Source of the DNA: Acidobacteriota bacterium
Lineage (GTDB): Bacteria; Acidobacteriota; UBA890; WLXD01
Length of the DNA: 64,000 nucleotides
Assembly (NCBI GenBank): GCA_963666055.2
Contig: CAXWPH010000007.1
Span: 128,001-192,000 of the forward strand
Reading direction: 5' to 3'
Both the position numbers and the translations under genes were made by a program. Below are positions 1-9,819 of the stretch, one piece after another (the stretch's first letter is position 1; every line of letters starts with the position of its first letter). The notes beneath the pieces were generated by a model. It had not been told where the DNA came from and made no database searches. It saw nothing but the letters and a program-made list of their open reading frames with translations.

Positions 1-201
1 GCCGGTTTCCTCGGCCACCTCACGCAAGGCTGCCTCCTCGAGGCTCTCACCCTCCTCGATCTTGCCCTTCGGCAAGACCCAGTCCCCCGACGATCCGTCG
101 ACGTGCTGGTAGCGCGTGCGGTGGACCAGGGCAATCTCGGGGCCCGCCGCGCCCGGGCGCTCGAGCACGCCCCCGGCGGCGGTCACCTTGCTGGGTTTCA
201 T
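1..201 (-). CDS. Nudix hydrolase (5' part; runs off window edge)
   Basis: Manual minus-strand translation from ATG 201 (GAGGGG RBS): [15 protein letters not shown]...[27 protein letters not shown], containing the Nudix box GX5EX7REUXEEXG; absent from the ORF track. Confidence 0.85.
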   Translation of the reverse strand, partial: MKPSKVTAAGGVLERPGAAGPEIALVHRTRYQHVDGSSGDWVLPKGKIEEGESLEEAALREVAEETG

Positions 202-325
202 TGTCCCCTCAACCACGAAATCGCTCCGACCGGCGAGAAACCAGCCTACGCTGCCCGTCTCCTGGCGGGGAACCTTGCCGACCGAGACGCGAGACAAGAC
301 CCGGCCTACACCCTCCAGGAAGCCT

Positions 326-1393
326 GTGCAGAACAACGATCGGGCCGCCCTCTCGCGCATTCGATCCGCCGTGATCAGCGGCGTACACGCCACCCTCATC
401 ACGGTCGAGGCGCACCGCGGCAAGGGTCTCCCGCGGCAGACCATCGTGGGCCTCCCAGGCAGCGCCGTACGCGAGAGCCTCGACCGCGTCCACGCTGCTT
501 GCAGTCACTGCGGATTGGCATTGCCACCACGGCGCACGACCATCAACCTCGCCCCTGCCGGAACCCGCAAGAGCGGCTCGGCCCTCGACCTACCGATCGC
601 CTTGGCGCTGCTGGTAGCTGACAACACCGTGCCAGTAGGTCGCTTCGAAAGCGCGCTCTGCCTGGGAGAGCTCTCGCTGGACGGCCGCACACAGCCGGTG
701 CCGGGCGTTCTCCCGGCCACCATGGCGGCACGTACCGCCAACCTGCGACGGGTTCTTGTTCCGGCCGCCAACGTCGACGAGGCCCGCGCCGTTCCAGATA
801 TCGAGGCGCTGGCAATCGATTCTCTCGACGAAGCGGTGGCCTGGGCCCGTGGCGAGCTCGAGCTCACGGTCAGCAATAGCTCCGCGCCAGCGACGCATCA
901 ACAGCCAGTGGACATCGATCTCGCCGACGTGAAGGGGCAGGAAGTAGCGAGGCGAGCCCTCGAGCTTGCCGCAGCGGGTGGACATCACCTCCTCATGAGC
1001 GGCCCGCCGGGCGCCGGTAAGACGCTGCTGGCCCGCGCGCTGCCTGGACTGCTCCCACCGCTCGACTTCGACGAAGCGCTCGAGGTGAGCGCGGTGCACT
1101 CCGTAGTGGGTGGACTTCACGGCCGCGGGCTTCTTCAAACGCGCCCGTTTCGAGCCCCCCACCACGGCATCACCCCGGCCGGTCTGATGGGTGGAGGTAC
1201 CCCGCTGCGCCCGGGCGAGATCAGCCTCGCCACCCATGGGGTGCTGTTTCTCGACGAGCTACCCGAGTTCCGACGCCACGCCCTCGAATCGCTGCGCCAG
1301 CCTCTGGAACAGGGCGAGGCTCTCATCGTGCGCGCCAGCGAGACTTGTCGATTCCCGGCACGCTTCCAGCTCGTAGCGGCGATGAACGAGTGA
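326..1393 (+). pseudogene. comM: ComM/YifB Mg-chelatase-like AAA+ ATPase, C-terminally truncated
   Basis: IVGLP..AVRES, INLAP, DLPIA, Walker [28 protein letters not shown]; ends [13 protein letters not shown] where intact proteins continue AMNPCPCG; start approximate. Confidence 0.9.
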
Positions 1394-1397
1394 ACCT

Positions 1398-1823
1398 TTG
1401 TTGCCTTTTGCACATATCGAGATCTGCGTTCCTAAGCCGATTTATGGCTACCCACAGTCACCAAGACACATCGGGGAGCACATCAAGAGGCGCAGGATCG
1501 AACTGGGCCTGCGTCAGAGAGACGTTGCTGAACAAATAGGTGTCTCGCCATGGACCGTCCTCAATTGGGAGTCAGGCGAGACGGAGCCTGCCGTCCGGTT
1601 CGGCCCGCAGGTCGTGAAGTTCCTCGGATACGACCCCCTCCCCGAGCCGACTGACTTCGGCCAAGAAGTATGGAAGCTCCGCTGGCGACGGGGTCTCACT
1701 CAGCGCGATCTGGCAGCCCAGTTACACACGGACGATAGCGTCGTGCGCGACTGGGAACGAGGAGAGCATCTGGCGGGAGACAAGCTACGCCCTCGGCTGG
1801 AGGCGCTGATGCGGGAGTCGTGA
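1398..1823 (+). CDS. XRE-family protein with two HTH domains
   Basis: IGEHIKRRRIELGLRQRDVAEQIGVSPWTVLNWESGETEP and a second LRWRRGLTQRDLAAQL..VVRDWERGE. Confidence 0.85.
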   Translation: MLPFAHIEICVPKPIYGYPQSPRHIGEHIKRRRIELGLRQRDVAEQIGVSPWTVLNWESGETEPAVRFGPQVVKFLGYDPLPEPTDFGQEVWKLRWRRGLTQRDLAAQLHTDDSVVRDWERGEHLAGDKLRPRLEALMRES

Positions 1824-2095
1824 ATTCCGAATTGTCGAGTATCGACCTGTACTAGACCAACTCGGTCGCACCGGATTTTGAATCCGGATTACCGGTAGTT
1901 CAGGGGCTGGCAGTAACCCGCTGGGAACACGCTATATCGGCGGATTCTCCATACGCACCAACGACCTGCGCCGGTGCAGATCGTTGCAGGGTGTGGGTTT
2001 CTGTACAACGTAGTTGCGGGCAATGCGGTGCAAGAAGTGGTGCTACCGAGAAAGGAGCTTGGCCAGCCAAGATGGCCCCCGATTGAGTTCCGGCC

Positions 2096-2148
2096 GCTCG
2101 TCGGGCTCATAACCCAAAGGTCGTAGGTTCGAATCCTACCCCCGCTAC
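2096..2148 (+). tRNA. 3' fragment of initiator tRNA-Met(CAT); att-site-like remnant, not an intact tRNA
   Basis: GCTCGTCGGGCTCATAACCCAAAGGTCGTAGGTTCGAATCCTACCCCCGCTAC has the GGG/CCC anticodon stem, CAT anticodon and T-arm; the 5' acceptor strand and D-loop are missing. Confidence 0.8.
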
Positions 2149-2477
2149 TTAGGTAAGTCCCGGTGGCTCAGCAACTTACATCCACGTGCTGGCCACCGGG
2201 ATTTACTGCGTCTGGCCCGAAATGCCACGTACGTGCCGCGATTCGGCTCCTCTCGGGAATGGGCCCCGCTCCCTGCTTCACGGGAAGCGCCAGCGTCATC
2301 ATTCGTACAGGGACCTGCCGATGGATCGGTAGCGTCGTAGGTCAGTCTCACGAAACGGCATCGTCCGTGGACCCTCGCCCGCCCCGGCGATAGGCTTCAT
2401 GCGCTGAGCCACCCCTCTGTGGTAGCGCCATGGACCTTGCGTGGCTGCGAGACAACCTGAACCCCAAGGAGGCGCCA

Positions 2478-4415
2478 ATGTTGAGGCGATTCATCGTTTC
2501 GTTGGGTGTCGTGATGTTCTTCGCTGCGAACGCTCTGGCGTGGCATTCCCCCCTCTCGATCGCGTGGGGACAGTACTCACCGGTGGTCGGCAACTCGCCG
2601 GCGAGCATGCGGTCGGGGTTCGAGGGACGGTGCGCCACCTGCCACGACAACACCGCCGCCGGCAACCGGGCGCCAAGTCGGGAAGCCATGGCGGCGATGA
2701 CAGCCGAGCGAGTGCTCGAGTCGATCACCACGGGATCGATGGCTATCTATATCGAAGGGTGGAACGAGGAGAACCTGCTCGCTTTGGCCGAGCTGGCGGC
2801 GGCCAAACCCTTCGGCGACGCCGCCGACCGCACCGCCGCGGCGATGAGCAACCCTTGCACCAGCCCGTTGACCCTGCACGACCCGTTCAGCCGGCCGCGA
2901 TGGAACGGCTGGACCCCCGATCCTGGTAAGTCCCACCGGTTCCAGCCGGCGGAAGCGGGCGGACTTACCGGAGCACAGGTGTCGCAGCTGAAGCTGAAGT
3001 GGGCGTTCGCGATTCCGGATGCGGCTTCCGCATCCTGGGCGCAGCCGACGGTCGTGGGCGGGGCGCTGTTCATAGGCAGTGACAACAAATTCGTCTACGC
3101 GCTCGACGCCAAGACGGGCTGCGTGCACTGGTCCTACGAGGCAAGAGGACAGGTGCGCACCGCGGTCAGTGTGAGCGAGGTGACCGATGTACCCGAAGTC
3201 CGCTACATAGCCATGTTCGGGGACTACAGGGGTTACGTCACCGGCGTCAACGCCGAAACCGGCGAGGAGCTCTGGGTCATGCGTCCGGACGAGCATGCGG
3301 CAGCCAAGATCACCGGCACACCGGTGCTCGATCCCTCGGCCGGAGGTCATCTGTACGTCGGGGTCGCATCCTGGGAGGAGCTCCCGAGCGGAGATCTGTT
3401 GTACGAGTGCTGCCAGTTCCAGGGCAGCGTCGTCGCAGTGGATGTGAGCACGGGGCAGACGGCCTGGAAGACATACTCGATGTCCGAGCGTCCTCGCCCA
3501 TTGCGCAAGAACTCGGCCGGCACACAGATGTACGGGCCCGCCGGTGCCTCCGTATGGAACGCACCGACGCTCGATATCGATCACCGCACTCTCTACGCGG
3601 CCGCCGGCAACTGCTACATGACCGAGTTCTTCGAGCAACACGTCGGGTTCGACGACGGCACTTGCGCCGCCGTCACGGCGTACGACATGGATACCGGCGA
3701 ACGCCTGTGGTGGAGGCAGCTGGTGGCTCTCGAGAGATTCGGCGGCGGCTGTGGGCGGCAACCGGAGGAGCGGCGAATCAACTGTCCAGGCCTCGTCACT
3801 GGCCGTAACGATGATGCCTCGGGCTCGCCGGTGCTGCACACGCTGGAGGATGGTCGCCGAATTCTGATTCAAGGACAGGAGAGCGGCCGCATCACCGCCA
3901 TGGATCCCGACAACCAGGGTGAGATCCTGTGGGTGGCGCAGGCCGGCAACGAGCTGGCGATGCCGAGTGCCGGCTTCGGCGGCGCGTTCGACGGGGAGTA
4001 CTACCTGAAGCCGTTTCCGCTCGAAGATGGCAGAGGCGGCCTCGCGGCGCTACGGGCCGAGGACGGCTCGCGTGCCTGGTACACGGAGGTGCCGAAGCCG
4101 AGCGACTGTGAAGATCCCGAATCGGCGCAGACGTGCCACTCGGGTCACTGGGCGCCCGCGACCGCCATACCCGGCGCGGTTCTCGCCGGCTCCCGTGACG
4201 GCGTGATGCGCGCCTTCTCGACCGAGGACGGCAGCGTGATATGGGAGTTCGCCACACAGCGCGACTTCGAAACCATCAACGGCATCGAGGGTTTCGGGGG
4301 CGGGTTCGGTGGCGCCGCGCCAACGATCGTCGACGGCATGATGTACGTCGGCTCGGGTTACGCAATCCTCCGCGGTGCTCCGGGCAACGTACTGCTGGCG
4401 TTCGGCCTAGATTAG
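2478..4415 (+). CDS. Secreted quinohemoprotein PQQ-dependent dehydrogenase (polyvinyl-alcohol dehydrogenase-like)
   Basis: AAGGAGG RBS, signal peptide, heme motif CATCH, PQQ propeller repeats (LKLKWAF, VYALDAKTGCVHW), vicinal CCQFQG, C-terminal GNVLLAF. Confidence 0.85.
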   Translation: MLRRFIVSLGVVMFFAANALAWHSPLSIAWGQYSPVVGNSPASMRSGFEGRCATCHDNTAAGNRAPSREAMAAMTAERVLESITTGSMAIYIEGWNEENLLALAELAAAKPFGDAADRTAAAMSNPCTSPLTLHDPFSRPRWNGWTPDPGKSHRFQPAEAGGLTGAQVSQLKLKWAFAIPDAASASWAQPTVVGGALFIGSDNKFVYALDAKTGCVHWSYEARGQVRTAVSVSEVTDVPEVRYIAMFGDYRGYVTGVNAETGEELWVMRPDEHAAAKITGTPVLDPSAGGHLYVGVASWEELPSGDLLYECCQFQGSVVAVDVSTGQTAWKTYSMSERPRPLRKNSAGTQMYGPAGASVWNAPTLDIDHRTLYAAAGNCYMTEFFEQHVGFDDGTCAAVTAYDMDTGERLWWRQLVALERFGGGCGRQPEERRINCPGLVTGRNDDASGSPVLHTLEDGRRILIQGQESGRITAMDPDNQGEILWVAQAGNELAMPSAGFGGAFDGEYYLKPFPLEDGRGGLAALRAEDGSRAWYTEVPKPSDCEDPESAQTCHSGHWAPATAIPGAVLAGSRDGVMRAFSTEDGSVIWEFATQRDFETINGIEGFGGGFGGAAPTIVDGMMYVGSGYAILRGAPGNVLLAFGLD

Positions 4416-4699
4416 CGGCCCCGTTCGAGCTGCGCCCGCCACCAGGGTGCCCTGCCTGGAGAGATGGCCACTACCGGCCCCGGACTGCGTCCGCGGACCG
4501 CAAGCACGCAACGCGCCGACCATTGAGCCAAGTGGGCCCCATCGTGCTTTCGATTGACCCTGTTGCAAACCCGGTCGCTGATTCCTCCGCACCGCCGAGC
4601 CGCAACTCGGCCAGGTATTCTCTTTGCATTGCGATGGCCGGCTTGGCGTGTGTCGCTGTCGCGGACAGGTCAGCGAGGGCTGCATCGGAGAAACGACCG

Positions 4700-4855
4700 G
4701 TCGGTCCGCCGGCTCCAACAACCTCTTGCCAGCACCGATTCTATGAGTTACGAAGTGGCCTCAACACTTGGGGCAGGTCAGTCTTTGCGGGGCTCTACGA
4801 TGGGCTCGACGATCGTTCTCTGACCGCGAAGATGACATACGCGTTCCAGTGGTAG
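4700..4855 (+). pseudogene. Possible C-terminal remnant of an outer-membrane beta-barrel protein
   Basis: Frame ends DRSLTAKMTYAFQW*, resembling an alternating aromatic-terminated beta-signal; no credible start. Confidence 0.3.
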
Positions 4856-5004
4856 CCACCGCTGCCGACTGATGTGGCGGCCTCCCGACAAGTCTTTACA
4901 ATCTTCCCACTCCCTCTCCGTTGTAACCCCCGCTGGGATTGTGATATGCCCATACTGTCTAGTGGAAGGAACATCAGTCCCCGAATTGACGGACGGAGGG
5001 CGGC

Positions 5005-6513
5005 ATGAGCAACCAAGACAAAGGTGGCGTGGATGGTGCAGAGACCAAGCTGAGCCGGCGCACCTTCGCCAAGACATCGGTCGCCGCGGGTACCGCTGCC
5101 GTCACGCTGCCGAAGACGCTGCTCGGCGCCCCGTCGGAGGCTGCGGCGACCAAAGCAACCTATGGTCGTGTGAAGCGCGTCGAGCTGCCGAACGACGGCA
5201 TCGGCTACGGTGGCACGGGCGCGCCCCTCTTGAAGGGCCCGCTACCGAAGCGGCAGAGCGTCAACGGCTGGAAGGAAGGCACGACGATCCCGGCCGAGTA
5301 CTACCTGGAAGCGAAGCACTTCGACGCCGACGAGGCGTTCGTGGCGGAGAACTTCTGGCAATACACCGACCAGGCGAGCCGGATTCCCAACCCCGGGGAC
5401 TTCTACGTGTTCGAGTTCGGGCGCTCCGAGTCGATCCTGATCGTGCGCGGCCAGGACAACGAGATCCGCGGCTTCTACAACGTTTGTCGCCACCGCGGCT
5501 CGCGTCTGTGTCGCCACGATGCGGACTCGATTCCCTCGGACCCGCGTCTGTCCGTCAAGCAGCTTGGCCAGACGGGCAACTCTCCGGTGTTCCGGTGTCC
5601 GTACCACGCGTGGACCTATGACACCGAGGGCAGCCTCATCTATGCCTATGGCATGCAGGATGATTTCGACCCGGCCGACAACGGCCTGCTTCCGTGCCAC
5701 ACTCGGGTGGCGGCAGGGCAGGTGTTCGTAAACCTGTCGAAATCCGATACGCCGCCGGATTTCGACGCCGCCGTGAGTCGCCTGCGCGGTATTGCCGACA
5801 AGTACAGCCTCGCCGATCTGAAGGTCGGGGCACGCGAGTACTACCCGATCAACGCCAACTGGAAGCTGGCGCTGGAGAACTTCAAGGAGTGCTACCACTG
5901 CGGGCCGGCCCACACGCCGCTGGTGACCACCCACAACTGGAGCAACGAGGTCACCGCAGAGCAACGCAAGGAGCGTGCCGCGGCGGTCGCGGCGTGGGTT
6001 CCGGAGAAGGCATGGCGCGACCGAGGTCCCGCCGCGGGCATGGGCAGCCAGGGCATGGGAGACGATGAGCCGGAATACAGCTTCGGCGGGATGCTCAATC
6101 CCGGCTTCGTGACCGGCTCGATCGACGGCAAGGCAACGTCGATCCTCTTGCCGAACATCGATGGCTGGAACAACGAGACCAACGTGGTCACGACCGCCGA
6201 GTCGACCGGCTACTGGCAGTGCTACGACGACCACGTCGCCGTGGCGCGGTTCACGCCCCGGACGGAGAAGTTCACCGACTGCGAGATTGTCTGGCTCGTG
6301 CACCCGGATGCTCGCGAGGGCATCGACTTCGATCCCGACAACGTCAAGGCGCTCTGGCACGTGACGATCCAGGAGGACATCTGGATCACCGCCAACAACC
6401 ACGCCGGCATCGAGTCCGCGGCCTACACCGCAGGTCGATACTCCAGCCACGAGGGCGGCTGCTCCGGTTTCATCAGCCGGTACATGAAGGAGATCGTCAC
6501 GGCTGGGGACTAG
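5005..6513 (+). CDS. Rieske non-heme iron oxygenase alpha subunit (choline/glycine-betaine oxygenase-like) with Tat-like signal
   Basis: Rieske ligands CRHRG...CPYHAW; mononuclear Fe motif NWKLALENFKECYHCGPAH and QED; N-terminal SRRTFAK plus hydrophobic stretch. Confidence 0.88.
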   Translation: MSNQDKGGVDGAETKLSRRTFAKTSVAAGTAAVTLPKTLLGAPSEAAATKATYGRVKRVELPNDGIGYGGTGAPLLKGPLPKRQSVNGWKEGTTIPAEYYLEAKHFDADEAFVAENFWQYTDQASRIPNPGDFYVFEFGRSESILIVRGQDNEIRGFYNVCRHRGSRLCRHDADSIPSDPRLSVKQLGQTGNSPVFRCPYHAWTYDTEGSLIYAYGMQDDFDPADNGLLPCHTRVAAGQVFVNLSKSDTPPDFDAAVSRLRGIADKYSLADLKVGAREYYPINANWKLALENFKECYHCGPAHTPLVTTHNWSNEVTAEQRKERAAAVAAWVPEKAWRDRGPAAGMGSQGMGDDEPEYSFGGMLNPGFVTGSIDGKATSILLPNIDGWNNETNVVTTAESTGYWQCYDDHVAVARFTPRTEKFTDCEIVWLVHPDAREGIDFDPDNVKALWHVTIQEDIWITANNHAGIESAAYTAGRYSSHEGGCSGFISRYMKEIVTAGD

Positions 6514-6553
6514 GGCGTCCGAATCGTGTCGTGACGGTGTCGGGGGCAGCCAG

Positions 6554-6700
6554 GTGCTGCTGACCACGGAGGGCAGCAACGAAGTCCCCGTTTGGTCGCC
6601 CGATGGAGAGTGGGTCTTCTTCAGGTCGAATCGGGGTGGCAATAACGACATCTGGAAGCGGCGGGCTGACCGGAGTCTGGAAGCCGAGCTAGTAGCCCTG
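6554..6700 (+). pseudogene. PD40/TolB-like repeat fragment
   Basis: PVWSPDGEWVFFRSNRGGNNDIW is a single PD40 repeat with no rest of gene. Confidence 0.6.
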
Positions 6701-7043
6701 CAAGTTGTGGATGTTGAACAGATGAAGCCCAAACGGAGGCGATTCGGCCGACTAGAGCTGCTGATCGCCAATCAGCATGACCCCCTGGAAGCGACCGATA
6801 TCAAAGGCGATTCCGCGGCCGGGGTCAGTCGGGGTTCGCGGAGAGATAACGCAAACGACGCCGTCCGCAGCCTCCGAACCGAACGGGGTCGAAACGGCCG
6901 TTTCGGCACCGGTGGTTTTGGAACCCCCGGGCACGGCCCTCTCGCCTCATAAGGGGGGGTACCCCCACTGGCGGTGGGCTCGATGTCGGCAAAACGCCGA
7001 CATCGACAGGCCCGTTTGCAGCTCATCGGTTCATACCGCGACT

Positions 7044-7400
7044 GTTGGCACGTCGTAGGGTCCGCTCACGCTCATGCCCTTGTTCATGGGGATGGGCATG
7101 GGTGTCAACTGGAACCTAGAGGCCGCCGGAACCATGCTGCCCAGCCTCATGGGTCATCTGGTCTACGGCGCAATCCTGGGCGCTGTTTACGCCTGGATGG
7201 GCACAGGACAACGTGCCGATGGGAGTTCTGATTCCGCTGACTTCGAGCCCCTGGATAGCGGGGGTCCGATTCCGTTGGAGAACGAAGATCAAGCACCGCC
7301 GGAGGAAGCCGCCTCGAAGAACGGCGAGGGCGCGAAAACTGGTAATGGGGCCGAGCGACCGAGCGGGCCGAGAACGGCGACGAATAACATCCTGGACTAG
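7044..7400 (+). pseudogene. C-terminal fragment of a small membrane protein
   Basis: GPLTLMPLFMGMG...SLMGHLVYGAILGAVY hydrophobic helices; upstream part is out of frame or missing. Confidence 0.45.
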
Positions 7401-7543
7401 GTAGCCAGCGAGGCTCCGGAGGCTGCGGCGCGTTCCCGCGGGAAGGCGGAACGTGGGATGAGACTAGACCGGCTCCATTATCAAGGAGTGGAACCGGCGC
7501 CCTTACTGCTACGATGTCGTCAGCCCCCTAGCAGCCCGACGGA

Positions 7544-7801
7544 GTGCCAGTGCCCCGCGCCCGTTTGAACCGCGTTCGTGCTGAGCAACGAGCCTTTGAT
7601 TCGCAGATTGAGGGTCTGCTCGACGAGCATGCCGGCGAGTTCGTGGTCTTCCACGACGAGCAGCCTGTAGCCTTCTATCCGACCCATGCGGAAGCCTACG
7701 CTGCCGCGCTCAAAGTTTATGGCTCTGAGGGTGTCTTCCTCGTATCTCAGGTGAAGAAGCGCTCCCCGCGCTTGTCACAGCGGCTGCGCGCCCACACGTA
7801 G
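7544..7801 (+). CDS. Small hypothetical protein (DUF5678-like)
   Basis: AFDSQIEGLLDEHAGEFVVFHDEQPVAFYPTHAEAYAAALKVYG..FLVSQV matches my recollection of this small family. Confidence 0.55.
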   Translation: MPVPRARLNRVRAEQRAFDSQIEGLLDEHAGEFVVFHDEQPVAFYPTHAEAYAAALKVYGSEGVFLVSQVKKRSPRLSQRLRAHT

Positions 7802-7974
7802 GCCCGCGGCAGACGCGGGTGGCGGTTCGGCAGATCCGCATAGTGCCCGATGCTCGATCTGATCTGCCTCCCCAACCTCCCTCGCAGATCGCCCGGCGCT
7901 CTCCCGTGGTGAGAGCCGACCTATTCCGCTAGGCTGAGCAGCCGCGCTGAGCACCGCCGACGGCCGGACGAGCT

Positions 7975-8762
7975 TGGCCGTCGTTGACCGGCTACCCGCA
8001 TGTTCCCCCTCAACCCCTGGACACCACGGCCGGGAAAGGCCACAGTGCGCCTGCTACGGTAGGTCCCCACCTCCAAAGCGCTCGGGCCGAAGCGTTTCTG
8101 CTTCGGCCCGAACTGTTTCTGGTGATCCCACCAACTGCTCTCGAGCTCGGTACGCGTTCCGGTCCTCCTGGTGGTGGCCTCCTAGTGCCCGCCGCTGCCG
8201 CCCGGAGATAGCTCGGGGAAAACCACCCCAAAGGCGGCTGTCTCCCGTGGTGAGAGCCGATCTATTCCGGAGGTCCCTCCCGACGTAGGGAGAGTAGACC
8301 TGCTCCTGGACCCTCTCGCAGCCCGGGACTCCTAATGCTCCCGGTACCCCCCTTGCGTCGGTCGGTTGCTTCGCAAAGACTGCCCGCACGGTCGTCATTC
8401 CTCACAGGAGGGGTGCCCCCCATCGGAGCGCAGACCGAGAATCTGCAGTGATGCCAGGAGCCTGGCCGTCGTTGACCGGCTACCCGCATGTTCCCCCTCA
8501 ACCCCTGGACGCCACGGCCGGGAAAGGCCATAGTGCGCCTGCTGAGGGATGGTGGTCCCCACCTCCCAAGCATCGGGCCGAGGCGTTTTCTGCTTCGGCC
8601 CGAACTGTTTCTGGTGATCCCACCAACTGCTCTCGAGCTCGGTACGCCTTCCGGTCCTCCTGGTGGTAGCCTCCTAGTGCCCGCCGCTGCCGCCCGGAGA
8701 TAGCTCGGGGAAAACCACCCCAAAGGCGGCTGCTCTCCCGTGGTGAGAGCCGATCTATTCCG
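7975..8762 (+). repeat. ~295-bp direct duplication (7975-8269 and 8463-8762)
   Basis: Near-identical sequence from TGGCCGTCGTTGACCGGCTACC to ATCTATTCCG, with substitutions/indels clustered near 8055-8100 versus 8545-8590. Confidence 0.95.
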
Positions 8763-8865
8763 CTAGGCTGTGCAGCCTCTGCGGAACTGTACCCCGGAGC
8801 AATCCGGTGAGAAGCTGCCGGGTCCGCGTGTGGCTGGCGCCGAGCGATCTCGACAGGAGGTAGCG

Positions 8866-9501
8866 ATGGCACTCATTGCGTGTTCGGAGTGCGGGCAACA
8901 GCTATCGGACGGAGCGGCGGCGTGCCCGCACTGCGGGTGCCCCGTCGGTGCGCAGCACCCAGCTTCCAAGCCCGCAGCGTCAGCGCCGGTCGTGGAGCCG
9001 CCCGTAGCGGCTACACGCGTAGCGCCGAGGATGTCGCTGCCGAAAGGAAGAAAGCAACCAACACCGACCTGGGATTTCTGGTCGTCATACATACTGTTCA
9101 CGGTGGGATTAATCTTCTACGTTGGCTCTTCTCAGCCGAGCACCGCCGCAGACGATGCCGCCGCAGACGATGCCGCCGCAGACGATACCGTCGCAGACAA
9201 TGCCGCCGCAGACAATGCCGCCGGAGCTGTTGCTGCTGTAGCTGAGTATATCGCCGGTAATTCCCTCGGCATCCGCAGTGAGCATCTAGCTGCACGGCGA
9301 AACCCTGACGGCGAGGGCACCTTCGTGTACGTCCAGCGTTCGGGAGCGCCGACGATCAGGTCCACGGTCTGGCTCGTTCTCGATAGCTACCCGTATCCGC
9401 TTAACGGACCTGCGAAGAAAGTGACCCCATCGCTGCCCTGGCCACGCGAGGTGCCGGAGCATACCTGGTCAAGGACGGGCCTCCAGCTGCGACCCGGGTG
9501 A
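8866..9501 (+). CDS. Zinc-ribbon domain membrane protein with low-complexity linker
   Basis: AGGAGG RBS; MALIACSECGQQLSDGAAACPHCG; one TM helix; AAADD repeats. Confidence 0.75.
   Translation: MALIACSECGQQLSDGAAACPHCGCPVGAQHPASKPAASAPVVEPPVAATRVAPRMSLPKGRKQPTPTWDFWSSYILFTVGLIFYVGSSQPSTAADDAAADDAAADDTVADNAAADNAAGAVAAVAEYIAGNSLGIRSEHLAARRNPDGEGTFVYVQRSGAPTIRSTVWLVLDSYPYPLNGPAKKVTPSLPWPREVPEHTWSRTGLQLRPG
9142..9222 (+). repeat. 15-bp in-frame tandem repeat (about 5.4 copies)
   Basis: Units RCCGYCGCAGACRAT encoding TAADD/AAADD/TVADN/AAADN. Confidence 0.9.
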
Positions 9502-9803
9502 GAGGCCGCTGCAGCACCACCCCCCGCCCCCTCGCCTACCCCCGCTGCCAGTTCGGCAACTACCTTGGCGAGCTGATCGACGCGCACCCGACCGCGAGGG
9601 AGACGCTAGCCGAGCGCATCGGAGTGTCCGCGGGGAACCTCAGCAACTACCGCCACGGCCGGTTTCTCCCGCCGGACCGCAAAGCCATCGGAGTGATCGC
9701 TCGAGTCCTTGCACCGAGCAGGGCAAAGCAGGCGGCTGTCCGCGCGGAGCTCACGCGCCGCTGGATCGCCGACCTGCTTGATGCGGCTGCTCTCCCGTGG
9801 TGA
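9498..9803 (+). CDS. XRE-family HTH protein
   Basis: FGNYLGELI..RETLAERIGVSAGNLSNYRHGRFLPP; start overlaps the upstream stop (GTGA). Confidence 0.7.
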   Translation: MRGRCSTTPRPLAYPRCQFGNYLGELIDAHPTARETLAERIGVSAGNLSNYRHGRFLPPDRKAIGVIARVLAPSRAKQAAVRAELTRRWIADLLDAAALPW

Positions 9804-9819
9804 GAGCCGATCTATTCCG

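Noticed and set aside
1835-1887. Minus-strand tRNA-Leu(CAA) remnant (CCGGA-TTCAAAA-TCCGG hairpin)
   Set aside because: Only an anticodon-like arm; no valid T-arm or acceptor stem, so it could be chance
5242-6771. Long antisense ORFs (e.g. 5242..6771, 2577..3872, 43932..45161, 61982..63034)
   Set aside because: Shadow frames of real high-GC genes with no motifs of their own
6700-6790. DNA adenine methylase C-terminal remnant (RLELLIAN)
   Set aside because: Motif too short to support a call
7975-8762. Diversity-generating retroelement TR/VR pair
   Set aside because: Differences include indels and are not adenine-specific; no reverse transcriptase in the window
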